Of a DNA stretch of 64,000 nucleotides, positions 18,694-27,017 are shown one piece after another. The notes below the pieces were generated by a model. The model saw only the letters and a list, made by a program, of their open reading frames with translations, was not told where the DNA came from and searched no databases. The position numbers were made by a program, and so were the translations under genes. The stretch lies in NCBI GenBank assembly GCA_902791945.1, contig CADAXR010000002.1:9-64008 (forward strand), given 5' to 3'. The stretch comes from an uncultured Bacteroidia bacterium. Its GTDB lineage: Bacteria > Bacteroidota > Bacteroidia > Bacteroidales > UBA932. Position 1 is the first letter of the stretch. The number at the start of each line of letters is the position of its first letter.

Positions 18694-20199
18694 ATGGCTA
18701 AAAATACACGAAAAGGAGCCGCATCCATCGATGCGGTTCAGATGGCATCGGCCGAAATCGGCCATAAGCCGCCCCAGGCACCGGAGGCAGAAGAAGCAGT
18801 TATCGGTGCGATGATGCTCTATGAGGAGTGCTTATACCAAGCGGTAGGTTCTCTCAAAGAGAAGAGCTTCTACAACCCCAAACTCCGGCCCATCTTTGCA
18901 GCCATCTCTTGGCTCTTTAACCATCGAAGCGCAGTTGACATCACAACCGTGGCCGATAGATTGCGGACCGATGGCACCCTGGAAGAGATAGGTGGTCCGA
19001 CCACGCTGGCCAACCTTACGCAGAATGTAGGATCTGCAGCCAACATGGAGTACTATGTGAAGATCCTGCAGCAGAAGACCATCCAGCGAGACCTCATTGA
19101 GGCCGGGTATGGCATCCTCCGGAAAGCCTTTGATGAGACCTATGAAGTGGACAAACTCATCGAAGAGTCCCAGACGGAAGTCTACAATGCAGTTCAGGGC
19201 AATATGCGTAGTGAATATGTCGATATTGGCAACGCATTGAACAGAGCCCTCGACCGTCTCCAATTTGTTCAGAGAACAAAGGGGCTTACCGGTGTTCCTT
19301 CCGGATTCCCGTCCTTGGATGAAATCACCCGCGGATGGCAGGATGGAAACCTAATTGTCATTGGCGCCCGTCCAGGACACGGGAAGAGTGCTATCGCCTT
19401 GAATATGGCAAGCGCTGCAGCAATTGATCACAATATTCCAACAGCATTCTTCACCCTTGAGATGGCCGATATTGAATTAGCAGACCGCCTGATTGGTATG
19501 GAATCCGGCCTGTCCTCCGGGAAGAGAAAAGGTAGGGACAAGATGGAGGATTATGAGTGGGAACTGCTTGAGAAAGCCCTTAGGGAGGCTGCCAAGGCCC
19601 CACTATATATCGATGAGACTCCTGGACTTACCATCATGGAATTCATGTCCAAAATCAAGCGAATGGTTCAGGAGAAAGGAATCAAGATTGCGTTCGTCGA
19701 CTATTTGCAGTTGATGCACGCTACTGCTGCATTGGCCCAGTATCGCGCTCTGGAGATAGGTGAAATCTCCAGGCAGCTGAAGGAAACTGCCAAAGAACTG
19801 CATATTCCTATCATAGCTCTGGCACAGCTTAATCGAAACTTGATGTCCCGTCAAGGCTCATCAAATGGGCGGCCTGTTTTGAGCGACCTGAGGGATTCCG
19901 GCTCCATTGAGCAGGATGCAGATATGGTCCTGTTCATCCACCGTCCTGCACTCCTGGGCTTGAGCGAGGATGGCATTGATCGGGCCGAGTTGATTATCGC
20001 CAAGAATAGAGCCGGAGAGATGGGTATCATTCCGCTTCGGTTCAATGGTGACCAGGTGAGATTCAAGGAAGACACAGGGGCGCTTTCGGATTATGCTTCT
20101 GCAGTACCAGTAGAATCAGCGATGAATTCTTATGATATTACGCCAAGGCCATCAGAAGGATATTCGCCATTCGACCACTTTGAATCTGGGGATTTGTAG
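18694..20199 (+). CDS. dnaB: Replicative DNA helicase DnaB
   Basis: 501 aa. Motifs are EAEEAVIGAMML, GFPSLDEIT.G...G.LIVIGARPGHGKSA, FFTLEM and SGSIEQDADMV. Confidence 0.9.
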   Translation: MAKNTRKGAASIDAVQMASAEIGHKPPQAPEAEEAVIGAMMLYEECLYQAVGSLKEKSFYNPKLRPIFAAISWLFNHRSAVDITTVADRLRTDGTLEEIGGPTTLANLTQNVGSAANMEYYVKILQQKTIQRDLIEAGYGILRKAFDETYEVDKLIEESQTEVYNAVQGNMRSEYVDIGNALNRALDRLQFVQRTKGLTGVPSGFPSLDEITRGWQDGNLIVIGARPGHGKSAIALNMASAAAIDHNIPTAFFTLEMADIELADRLIGMESGLSSGKRKGRDKMEDYEWELLEKALREAAKAPLYIDETPGLTIMEFMSKIKRMVQEKGIKIAFVDYLQLMHATAALAQYRALEIGEISRQLKETAKELHIPIIALAQLNRNLMSRQGSSNGRPVLSDLRDSGSIEQDADMVLFIHRPALLGLSEDGIDRAELIIAKNRAGEMGIIPLRFNGDQVRFKEDTGALSDYASAVPVESAMNSYDITPRPSEGYSPFDHFESGDL

Positions 20200-20328
20200 G
20201 CAGTTGCTGTACCGATATCAGAAAGATATAGGCCGATGGATCCAGCGGCAGTGCCGATGAGAGGGATGATTAAGTTAGAATTACCCCTCGGTGCAATTTT
20301 GGTGCAACTTTTTTTGACCAAAACACAA

Positions 20329-20364
20329 GAAAAACCCCTTCTGATGCGTTCAGAAGGGGTTTTT
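20329..20364. terminator. Bidirectional intrinsic terminator
   Basis: A 9-bp stem ccccttctg/cagaagggg (20335-43 / 20351-59) is flanked by an A-run and a T-run. It lies between dnaB and tRNA-Ser. Confidence 0.7.
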
Positions 20365-20378
20365 GGTGAAAAATAAAG

Positions 20379-20466
20379 CGGAGAGAGCGAGATTCGAACT
20401 CGCGATACCCTTTTGGGGTACACACGCTTTCCAGGCGTGCCTCTTCAGCCACTCGAGCATCTCTCC
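20379..20466 (-). tRNA. tRNA-Ser (anticodon GGA), class II with long variable arm
   Basis: Minus strand reads GGAGAGATGCTCGAGTGGCTGAAGAGGCACGCCTGGAAAGCGTG..GCGAGTTCGAATCTCGCTCTCTCCG. The anticodon loop is CTGGAAA and the T-loop is TTCGAAT. Confidence 0.9.
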
Positions 20467-20688
20467 TTGGTTCCGTCCGGCTGAACGGGACTGCAAATAT
20501 AGGTATTTTTTGCTTTGATGCAAGCCGGCAGTTCAGAAAAATCAACTATGCTGTCATTTCGACCAAGCGAAGCGCGCGGAGAAATCTCTACCTCTGCATT
20601 GGTCCAGTACTGCATCTCGTATTTCCGGGTCAGGCGGCAGAACATGTCGATAAGATTCACAGAAGGCATGTAGCAGCCTATAATCGGA

Positions 20689-20725
20689 AAAACGAAATGT
20701 ACAAAACTGAAAAACGAAATGTACA
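20689..20725 (+). repeat. Two direct copies of AAAACGAAATGTACA (putative transposase-binding sites, mom-like end)
   Basis: Copies lie at 20689-20703 and 20711-20725, enclosed by a 12-bp inverted repeat taatcggaaaaa/tttttccgatta (20681-92 / 20729-40). Confidence 0.75.
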
Positions 20726-20786
20726 ATTTTTCCGATTATTTTCCGCGTCGCTTGAGCGGCTTTCAAACGGCCTTTAATCGACGTTC

Positions 20787-20823
20787 AAAAGCCTCGCAAA
20801 TCTTCCGACCGTGAGGCTTTTTC
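20787..20823. terminator. Hairpin terminator downstream of the ThyA-like gene
   Basis: An ~8-bp stem agcctcgc/gtgaggct is flanked by A- and T-runs. Confidence 0.5.
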
Positions 20824-20840
20824 TGTGTCCCGTAACTGAC

Positions 20841-21479
20841 TTAAACGTTCAGCTCAAAGCGGACATTTTCTTCGCCGGCCAGAAGCTTGCGCGTGTTCTC
20901 GATGTTCGTCTCATATATGTGGACGTTTCCGAGGTTCAGCGTTATTGACTGCAAAGGCAAGTCAATTTGCCGGGAAATGAGATATAAATGGTAAATATCA
21001 GAAGGAAGACCAAGATTTGCGTCACTGCTCCGCTGGTACGCGGAAATAACCAGCTCGCCGCAATCTATCTGGAACTGTACGAGGCTGAGGCAAGGCGCTT
21101 GATTCGTCTCTGCGTCCGTGGAGCCAAGGAACAGGACGTAATTCTTGGAGTTCCGTTTCTCTGCGTTTATCTTCCGGATCAGCCCGGGAAGTTTCTCAAA
21201 GTAGGTGGGATAACTGTTTATGAGGATTGAGCCGCAATAATCCCACCAGCTGATTCCGATGTCGCGGTATTTCTCAACGTTTCTTTCGCCCTGCATAAAG
21301 AGTTCCAGCTCACCGCGCAGTTTTTTTCGGGCGATGGAATGGCTCTCGAAGATGTCGAGCAAATCCGCGGGCGTCATCGACATCTGTTGATTCAGAAGGT
21401 ACTTGATGTTGCCTTTCTTGTTTGTCTGGGTCTTACCTTCGGCAAGAATCTTCCCCAGGATACTGTAATACTGATTCAT
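20841..21479 (-). CDS. Thymidylate-synthase-family (ThyA-like / pyrimidine C5-modifying) enzyme, short form
   Basis: 212 aa. It aligns with ThyA landmarks: MNQYYSILGKILAEGKTQTNKKG (cf. [23 protein letters not shown]), ELELFMQGERN, the catalytic-Cys block APCLSLVQFQ, YQRSSDANLGLP and GNVHIYETN. The RTGTGT phosphate-binding segment is replaced. Confidence 0.65.
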   Translation of the reverse strand: MNQYYSILGKILAEGKTQTNKKGNIKYLLNQQMSMTPADLLDIFESHSIARKKLRGELELFMQGERNVEKYRDIGISWWDYCGSILINSYPTYFEKLPGLIRKINAEKRNSKNYVLFLGSTDAETNQAPCLSLVQFQIDCGELVISAYQRSSDANLGLPSDIYHLYLISRQIDLPLQSITLNLGNVHIYETNIENTRKLLAGEENVRFELNV

Positions 21480-21530
21480 TCTGCATAGAAAATGGTTTGT
21501 GGGTTAATAAAAAATCCTTACCTTTGCCCT

Positions 21531-21653
21531 ATCTCACCGACATAAGCTATATGCAAGCGAGCCCGAACAGAGGTTTAGCCTCCGGCTGGGCTCGCTATGC
21601 GTTGCTATTTTAGTATGTCGGTGAGATGACTTGCTAAAGGCTGGAGGCTTTTT
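21531..21653 (+). ncRNA. Candidate small RNA: ~97-nt rod-like hairpin preceded by a promoter-like element
   Basis: TTTG (21496-99), 19 nt, then TACCTTTG (21519-26). A perfect 14-bp stem atctcaccgacata/tatgtcggtgagat (21531-44 / 21614-27) encloses gcgagccc/gggctcgc (21557-64 / 21588-95) and a gagg/cctc apical stem. It ends ggaggcttttt (~21653). Confidence 0.3.
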
Positions 21654-21719
21654 ATACCTCAAAACCTCGATTATTTCCCCTCATGCGTTGATAATTCAGA
21701 TTCTTTTCGTATCTTTGTG

Positions 21720-21979
21720 CCGTGCGGAACCCTCAGTTGTGGGTTTTGCCAAATGCTTTCCCACCATGGAAGGAAGTCGTCAGCACTGGAGAGCGGATAG
21801 CGATTCATCTGTAGGTAGGGCGGTTGGGAAACGCCATGTGACGGTCCCTTATGAACAGGCACTGAACTGAGAAAGAGCGTAGTCTCTTCAAAGCATCTAT
21901 ATTGTGACCTTCAAAGCAGATAATGACCCACGGGCGTAGGGACTTTCAGAGGAGCGATATTTCACGCCCCTCTTTTTTT
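21720..21979 (+). ncRNA. Candidate ~260-nt non-coding transcript ending at an intrinsic terminator
   Basis: TATCTTTG -7 box at 21709-16. The only ORF here is not protein-like. A strong plus-strand terminator at 21948-79 converges on the tail-fibre gene. Confidence 0.3.
21948..21979 (+). terminator. Intrinsic terminator (plus strand only)
   Basis: gaggagcg-atatttca-cgcccctc followed by T8. Confidence 0.65.
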
Positions 21980-21985
21980 TATCCT

Positions 21986-23278
21986 CTATTCAACCGAGAA
22001 CCCCCGGAGCGCCTGATGGTATCGCGTATTATTGGACACCCTGATAGCATTCCCCACGAACCAGATCCGGTACTTCATCGGCACAATCTCACCGCCCGGG
22101 CTTTTGGAATTCTCCGAAGTGGTAGCCAGCTGCAGGGCAATCTTTGCGTATCCGGAAGCGTCACTCTTGGCCAGCCCAGCCTTAAAGGTGACTTTCTTGC
22201 GCTGTCCCTGGATCCGGAAAACATATTCCTGGAATCCGGAAAGTCCGACACGTTGATTCTCTGCGTATATGAGGGACTGGCAGAGCGTCGGCAATTCCTT
22301 GCCTACGAGGTTCTGGTTGGTCTCTCCGGCAACGCTAATACATTTCGGCACATACCATTTGTTTGGCTCTCCAGTGGACAGCACAATCTGCTTGAAATGC
22401 ACGTACTGGTTCTTTGGCTGGCGCTTGCGAACCTTGCCCCGGTAGTTCTGGTTTGAACCGTTGTACCCACCGCTGCGGCGTTTGGCCCCGCGGGGTTTCT
22501 TGCGCAGCAGAACCAGCTGGATACCCTCCGGGATGACCCCGTGGCGGACATAGACAGTGGTGCGGTTCTTTACCTTGACTTCAAGATGGAGGTTCTCCGT
22601 ACAGAAGACCCAGGGACTCCACTTGTTCGTGGTCGGGTTGTACTCCCTCTTATAGCGCTGCATATTCGGAAGCAGCTGCTCCTGGGTGACTTTATTCCCG
22701 CTCTTATACACGTTGATTGTGTATTCCGCCGCTCCGTTGATGACTGCGGAACCGGCCTTGCAATGGATTCGGATATTCTCTTTCGCTCCGTCAAGGGCCG
22801 TGCTTGTATATACGCCCATGGCAACCTGCAGGCACTTGCTGATCATATCTGCAAGCCCCACATAGTCCTGGAAACGGGTGTTGAGGTTGATGTTCGTGGC
22901 AAAGGCATTGAACTCCGAAGCGGAATAGAGGTTGGGCGTGTCCGGGGTGAAGGTGTTCACGTAGCGGGCATAACGGCGCACACGTGCCTCGCGGTAGGTC
23001 ACGCCGTCGGCCACGATGTCCTCCGTGCTTTCCTCAACCTTAATGCCCGGGCCGGGGCGGCCGGTGGCCTGCAACGGCAGGACTTCGCCGTCGATGACGA
23101 CGATGCCGTCCGTCTGGGCCGTGGGGGCCACGAGGACATAACGCTTGCCGCCGATCTGGGCGATGTTCTGGAGCAGGGTGAGCTGTTCCTGGATAAAGTT
23201 CAACGCCTGGACGGATAACGGATACAGGCCGTTGCCGCCATTCTCGGAAAGAGTTGATAAGTATTTCGCTGTGTTCAT
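21986..23278 (-). CDS. Phage distal tail/fibre-module protein (function by position only)
   Basis: 430-aa ORF, last gene of the tail operon. No motif recognised. Confidence 0.35.
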   Translation of the reverse strand: MNTAKYLSTLSENGGNGLYPLSVQALNFIQEQLTLLQNIAQIGGKRYVLVAPTAQTDGIVVIDGEVLPLQATGRPGPGIKVEESTEDIVADGVTYREARVRRYARYVNTFTPDTPNLYSASEFNAFATNINLNTRFQDYVGLADMISKCLQVAMGVYTSTALDGAKENIRIHCKAGSAVINGAAEYTINVYKSGNKVTQEQLLPNMQRYKREYNPTTNKWSPWVFCTENLHLEVKVKNRTTVYVRHGVIPEGIQLVLLRKKPRGAKRRSGGYNGSNQNYRGKVRKRQPKNQYVHFKQIVLSTGEPNKWYVPKCISVAGETNQNLVGKELPTLCQSLIYAENQRVGLSGFQEYVFRIQGQRKKVTFKAGLAKSDASGYAKIALQLATTSENSKSPGGEIVPMKYRIWFVGNAIRVSNNTRYHQALRGFSVE

Positions 23279-23781
23279 CAGATGGGTGTGTAAATGGGTG
23301 TTTTGGAAAGAAGACGGTATTTGTCAACGATGGTCTTGACCTTATCAAGGCGGGTAGTGTAGATGCTGCCGGGCACCATTACCACAAAGTAATTCTGCGG
23401 AAGGTTTAGCCTGGTTTCATCATAGAGTATTGGCATTACAGGATCGCCGTCCCCCGGGACATCGGGCGATTCCTCTTTTGCCTTGAGCTGCCCAGCCATA
23501 TTGTCGGCTTTGGCGTAAACCCATTCACCGCGCTGATCATCGTAGTCCACGATGTCAAAGCCCTTTGAATGGAAAGCGTCATTGAGCGCAGCCCGGAGGT
23601 AGCAGACCTGTCCGCTGTGGGTGAGCCTATAGATGTGCGCATCCCGCGCGTCCAGGAAACGGCCGTACAAGGTCTTGATCGGGGCGCACAGGGCACGGCA
23701 CAGGGCAAAGAGTACCCTGCGCCTCAGGAACGACGGCAAAACCGTCAGAATCCATTTGTCAAAATCAACCCTGAATATCAT
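23278..23781 (-). CDS. Phage baseplate/tail-module protein, unknown function
   Basis: 167 aa. Its start and stop overlap the neighbouring genes. Confidence 0.35.
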   Translation of the reverse strand: MIFRVDFDKWILTVLPSFLRRRVLFALCRALCAPIKTLYGRFLDARDAHIYRLTHSGQVCYLRAALNDAFHSKGFDIVDYDDQRGEWVYAKADNMAGQLKAKEESPDVPGDGDPVMPILYDETRLNLPQNYFVVMVPGSIYTTRLDKVKTIVDKYRLLSKTPIYTPI

Positions 23782-24704
23782 TCTGCCACCTTATAAGCAC
23801 GTCCTTTGACCACCAGGTTATTGAGGGCATAATAGCCGCTGTATGGCCTTCGATAGCCCTGCACGGGCTGGAAATTCTCATTGTCGCCGGCGGACACCTC
23901 TACGGAAGTGATGTCAGCCACCTCCACGCCCTCTACGGCCTGGATGGCTGCCATGAGGTCGGAGTTTCGATACTCTCCGTTGAACGGTAACTTGGAAACG
24001 ACACCGCGCACTGCCTCGTCGATGACATCGGTCCCTGCATCGTCGATGGGCGACAACCGAATGCGGCGGTATTCCTGCTCCGCGTCTTCACCGGAAAGAT
24101 ACTCGGCATTCAGGATGCTGGGGTTGTAGAGAACCAGGAGCTCCACGTTCATCTTATCGGCGGGGACGTTGAGTACCCGGATAGCCACGCCTGCATCCTT
24201 GATCTGCGAGAGGTAATACTGGAGCCCGGCAAGTTCGTTGTCCGTCAGCTGCGTGGGGCGTCCATTGGCGTTATTCTTGGCCACTTTGATATAAACCAGG
24301 GTGTCCACCTCGTTTGCCACGGCGTACTTCACAACCTTCCGTTTTTCAATCTCGCTTTCCGTCATCCCGGTGGTATCGTAGTGGTCAGCAACCACGATAC
24401 CATCAGAGGCGACCAGTTTGCAGTTGTGCATATAGTCAAGAGTCTTGGCTACATACCAACGGAGGGTATGAGGACGCAGGGCCTCGATCTTTTCCTCCAC
24501 CTCGGATTTATGGCGGTCAAACAGCGACTCCACGACCCAGATGCAGGATGCGACCACATAGAACAGGATGCTTTCGATGCTGACCGGCGAAAAAGCCTTG
24601 TCGAAAGTGGCGCTGTCGTCAAGGCCATACGCGGAGCGCACGACATCCTGGGCAAGGAAGGCGGAAGCGATTTCCGCCTTGATTTCGTTGATTGAGCGTG
24701 CCAT
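23778..24704 (-). CDS. Phage baseplate-module protein (possibly J-like wedge)
   Basis: 308 aa. The position corresponds to Mu gp47 / P2 gpJ. The call rests on position only. Confidence 0.3.
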   Translation of the reverse strand: MARSINEIKAEIASAFLAQDVVRSAYGLDDSATFDKAFSPVSIESILFYVVASCIWVVESLFDRHKSEVEEKIEALRPHTLRWYVAKTLDYMHNCKLVASDGIVVADHYDTTGMTESEIEKRKVVKYAVANEVDTLVYIKVAKNNANGRPTQLTDNELAGLQYYLSQIKDAGVAIRVLNVPADKMNVELLVLYNPSILNAEYLSGEDAEQEYRRIRLSPIDDAGTDVIDEAVRGVVSKLPFNGEYRNSDLMAAIQAVEGVEVADITSVEVSAGDNENFQPVQGYRRPYSGYYALNNLVVKGRAYKVAE

Positions 24705-24716
24705 AATCCGCAGGGC

Positions 24717-25067
24717 TTAGAGGTTTGCGATAGCGGTGCGGTACTGCTCAAAGTCGATTTCCGGGGCGGTCCCGCCGGCATAGCGGACGGCAAGGTCAGC
24801 GCGGATGTCATCTTCCACCTTTTCGGGCGTCGGAATCTCCGGATAAACCAGGATGGAGAAGGCCACAAGGTCCGTGGGGACCTCGCGGTACTGGACCTCT
24901 TCACCCTCCTGGGGCTGGCCGCGGCGTCCCTTGCGGGAACCCTGGACCGGGACTTTGTTAACAACAGGTACGAAATCAAACCGTACAATACAACCCTTTT
25001 TGCGACCGGTGTTGAATTGTTCAACGGCGACGGCTTTGTCAGCCGCGCAATAATCTCGTGCTGTCAT
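24717..25067 (-). CDS. Phage baseplate-module protein, unknown function
   Basis: Start taken at internal Met (MTARDY..). The longer track ORF would overlap the RT by 150 nt. Confidence 0.3.
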   Translation of the reverse strand: MTARDYCAADKAVAVEQFNTGRKKGCIVRFDFVPVVNKVPVQGSRKGRRGQPQEGEEVQYREVPTDLVAFSILVYPEIPTPEKVEDDIRADLAVRYAGGTAPEIDFEQYRTAIANL

Positions 25068-26322
25068 TCGGCAATTTGTGTTTGTTGAAGGATTTGTGTC
25101 TTTGCTTGCGGAGCGCAGTCTTGATACGCTCACGGTGTTTATACTTCTTTTTGACGGCGAGCTTTGAAAAGTCGCCAGTGGAATAGACATACTTGAACCA
25201 GGCCGGGCTTATCATACCGATAAAGCGGCGGCGCAGGCCGTATTCGTTGAAGTGGGCCATAAGGCCCAGATAAGAGTTGATGCAGCTGACGAAATACTCC
25301 ACCTGTTTCCTCATCCGGTCCGGGTGGCTTTCCGCGAAGCGGTTAAAGAAGAAAACGCGGTCATAGGCAGCGCCTACAGTGCGGTTCGACAGGTAGAGCC
25401 GGTCAAACTTCACTACGCCGCCGACCCACTTGACGCCCTTTGTAAAGTGCTGTATCTGGTATTTCTTCGGGTTGATAGTGACCTCTGCCGTCTTCCACAG
25501 GTATTCCCGCAGAATGGGCATTGCAAGCAGCATCTTCTGCTCATCCTCATCGACGGCCGCGCAGTCATCCACGTAGCGGTCGATAGAGATGCCCAGGGTC
25601 TCCTGCAAGTAATGGTCGGCATCGTTCAGAAGGAAGTTGGCCACCAGCTGGGAAGGGAGGTTGCCGATGGGCAGGCCGTAGCCATCCGGGACGGTGAACA
25701 GGCTTTTGTTTGCCGGCAGGCTGTCCCACTCCGCAGGATCCCCGCGCAGGACACAGTTCTTTTCCGGCGCATTAAGCAACGTGACGCGGCAGAGGTAGAG
25801 CAGCGTATCAAGGTCATCCTCTTTATAGGATTCTTTCAGGAACGCGCAGAGTTTATCGCATACCAGCAGGCGGTTAATCGACATAAAAAAGCCCTTCAAA
25901 TCCCATTTGAGCACCCAGCAGTCGCGGGTGTAATCCTGGGACTTGGCTTTTATGAGGTCGCGGAGATAGTAAATGCTGTTGAGCGTTCCTTTATCCTTCC
26001 TGCAGTTGAAGGACGCATCGATGAAGATCTTCTCAAGCAGGGGCTCAATACGGAGGGCAATCCAATGATGGACTATGCGGTCACGGAAATCAGCAGCGAA
26101 GACTTCGCGGTCAACAGGGCGGTGAACAACAAAAGCGATGGATTTGCCTGGCTCATAGACGGCTCCGTTTATCTCATCCCTGAGCGCTACCAGGTTCTGC
26201 ATATAGTGCATATCAAAGGCTACACAGCTGGGCGTGCTGGCCTTGTTGCGCTTGCAGTCCTGGTATGCGTCCAGGAGACTTGAAAAACTTATGCTGATAT
26301 TTCCCATTGTTGTGTTTTCCAT
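25039..26322 (-). CDS. DGR reverse transcriptase
   Basis: It has the DGR-type motif LPIGNLPSQ and the catalytic RYVDDCAAV. The TR lies immediately upstream. Start taken at MENTTMG; the first 28 codons of the track ORF are the translated TR. Confidence 0.9.
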   Translation of the reverse strand: MENTTMGNISISFSSLLDAYQDCKRNKASTPSCVAFDMHYMQNLVALRDEINGAVYEPGKSIAFVVHRPVDREVFAADFRDRIVHHWIALRIEPLLEKIFIDASFNCRKDKGTLNSIYYLRDLIKAKSQDYTRDCWVLKWDLKGFFMSINRLLVCDKLCAFLKESYKEDDLDTLLYLCRVTLLNAPEKNCVLRGDPAEWDSLPANKSLFTVPDGYGLPIGNLPSQLVANFLLNDADHYLQETLGISIDRYVDDCAAVDEDEQKMLLAMPILREYLWKTAEVTINPKKYQIQHFTKGVKWVGGVVKFDRLYLSNRTVGAAYDRVFFFNRFAESHPDRMRKQVEYFVSCINSYLGLMAHFNEYGLRRRFIGMISPAWFKYVYSTGDFSKLAVKKKYKHRERIKTALRKQRHKSFNKHKLPNDSTRLLRG

Positions 26323-26336
26323 CTTCAAATGAAATT

Positions 26337-26424
26337 CGGAGACCGCCCGCACGTAGTTGTTGTTGTTACGATTGTTGTTGTTCGTGTTACCATTGTTGAG
26401 GTTCACGTTCCACGCGCACCACTC
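26337..26424 (-). repeat. DGR template repeat (TR), 88 nt
   Basis: Aligns without gaps to VR1 and VR2. It has 29 adenines on the coding strand, mostly in AAC/AAT codons (..NVNLNNGNTNNNNRNNNNYVRAVS). Confidence 0.9.
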
Positions 26425-26535
26425 CGTGCCCGGTATTCTGCGGTTGCCTTGTTCTTAACTCTAAATGAGAGTACGCAGACCTTTTCATTAAGAAAATTGC
26501 TCCCGCCCGGAAGCCGTGGCCGCCGGGCCACCCGC

Positions 26536-26937
26536 TTACACACTCGTAATCATTCTGGCTGTGGCTTTTCTCCAGCCGCCTAATTGTTGGGAAATATCAG
26601 TCATAAGTTCAGCTATATTCGTTTGTTTCTGCAACGGCAGCACCTGATGCCTGTTACAAAGGGATATGTATGTATTGAGCACCGTGAATTGACTGAGCGC
26701 CCTGTCAAGGTGCGCAAGCCTTGTTTTAGGCGCTTTCTCATCATAAGCATAGACAATCCTTGCCAGAAGGTCCATTGCTACGTCCAGCGTCTTTTCCCAC
26801 AGCACACGGCGCCATTTGACCGGCACGTTGTCGGCCTGGGCGCACAGGGTGTCTGCGAGCTCGAAGGCCCTCTTGTAAACGCGCTGGTCGGCGGCTGTCT
26901 GCTGAGTTCTGTTGCTGTCTGTCATACCCGGATGCAA
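26536..26937 (-). CDS. avd: DGR accessory variability determinant (Avd)-like four-helix-bundle protein
   Basis: 133 aa, basic and helical. It sits between the target gene and the TR-RT, as in canonical DGR cassettes. Confidence 0.65.
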   Translation of the reverse strand: MHPGMTDSNRTQQTAADQRVYKRAFELADTLCAQADNVPVKWRRVLWEKTLDVAMDLLARIVYAYDEKAPKTRLAHLDRALSQFTVLNTYISLCNRHQVLPLQKQTNIAELMTDISQQLGGWRKATARMITSV

Positions 26938-27017
26938 AGTTACTGATTTTCTGATTCTCCCAAAAATTTTTCGCTCCGCGTCCCTCCTAAGAGAGACGCG
27001 GAGGAAAGGCTGAAAGA

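Noticed and set aside
20445-20726. 93-aa minus-strand ORF and the plus-strand mini-ORF MLSFRPSEARGEIS.. between tRNA-Ser and the prophage end
   Set aside because: It overlaps the tRNA and the phage terminal repeats, has no start context, and the sequence looks like intergenic or remnant DNA. It is mentioned only as flank sequence.
25252-26283. 343-aa plus-strand ORF opposite the reverse transcriptase
   Set aside because: It is antisense to the RT, which carries unambiguous catalytic motifs. No motifs of its own.
26323-26406. Poly-Asn N-terminal extension of the RT ORF (MNLNNGNTNNNNRNNNNYVRAVSEF..) as listed in the ORF track
   Set aside because: This is the template repeat read in the target's frame from a GTG codon. 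The RT most likely starts at the ATG at 26322 (MENTTMG) or 26307. It is treated as TR RNA, not protein.
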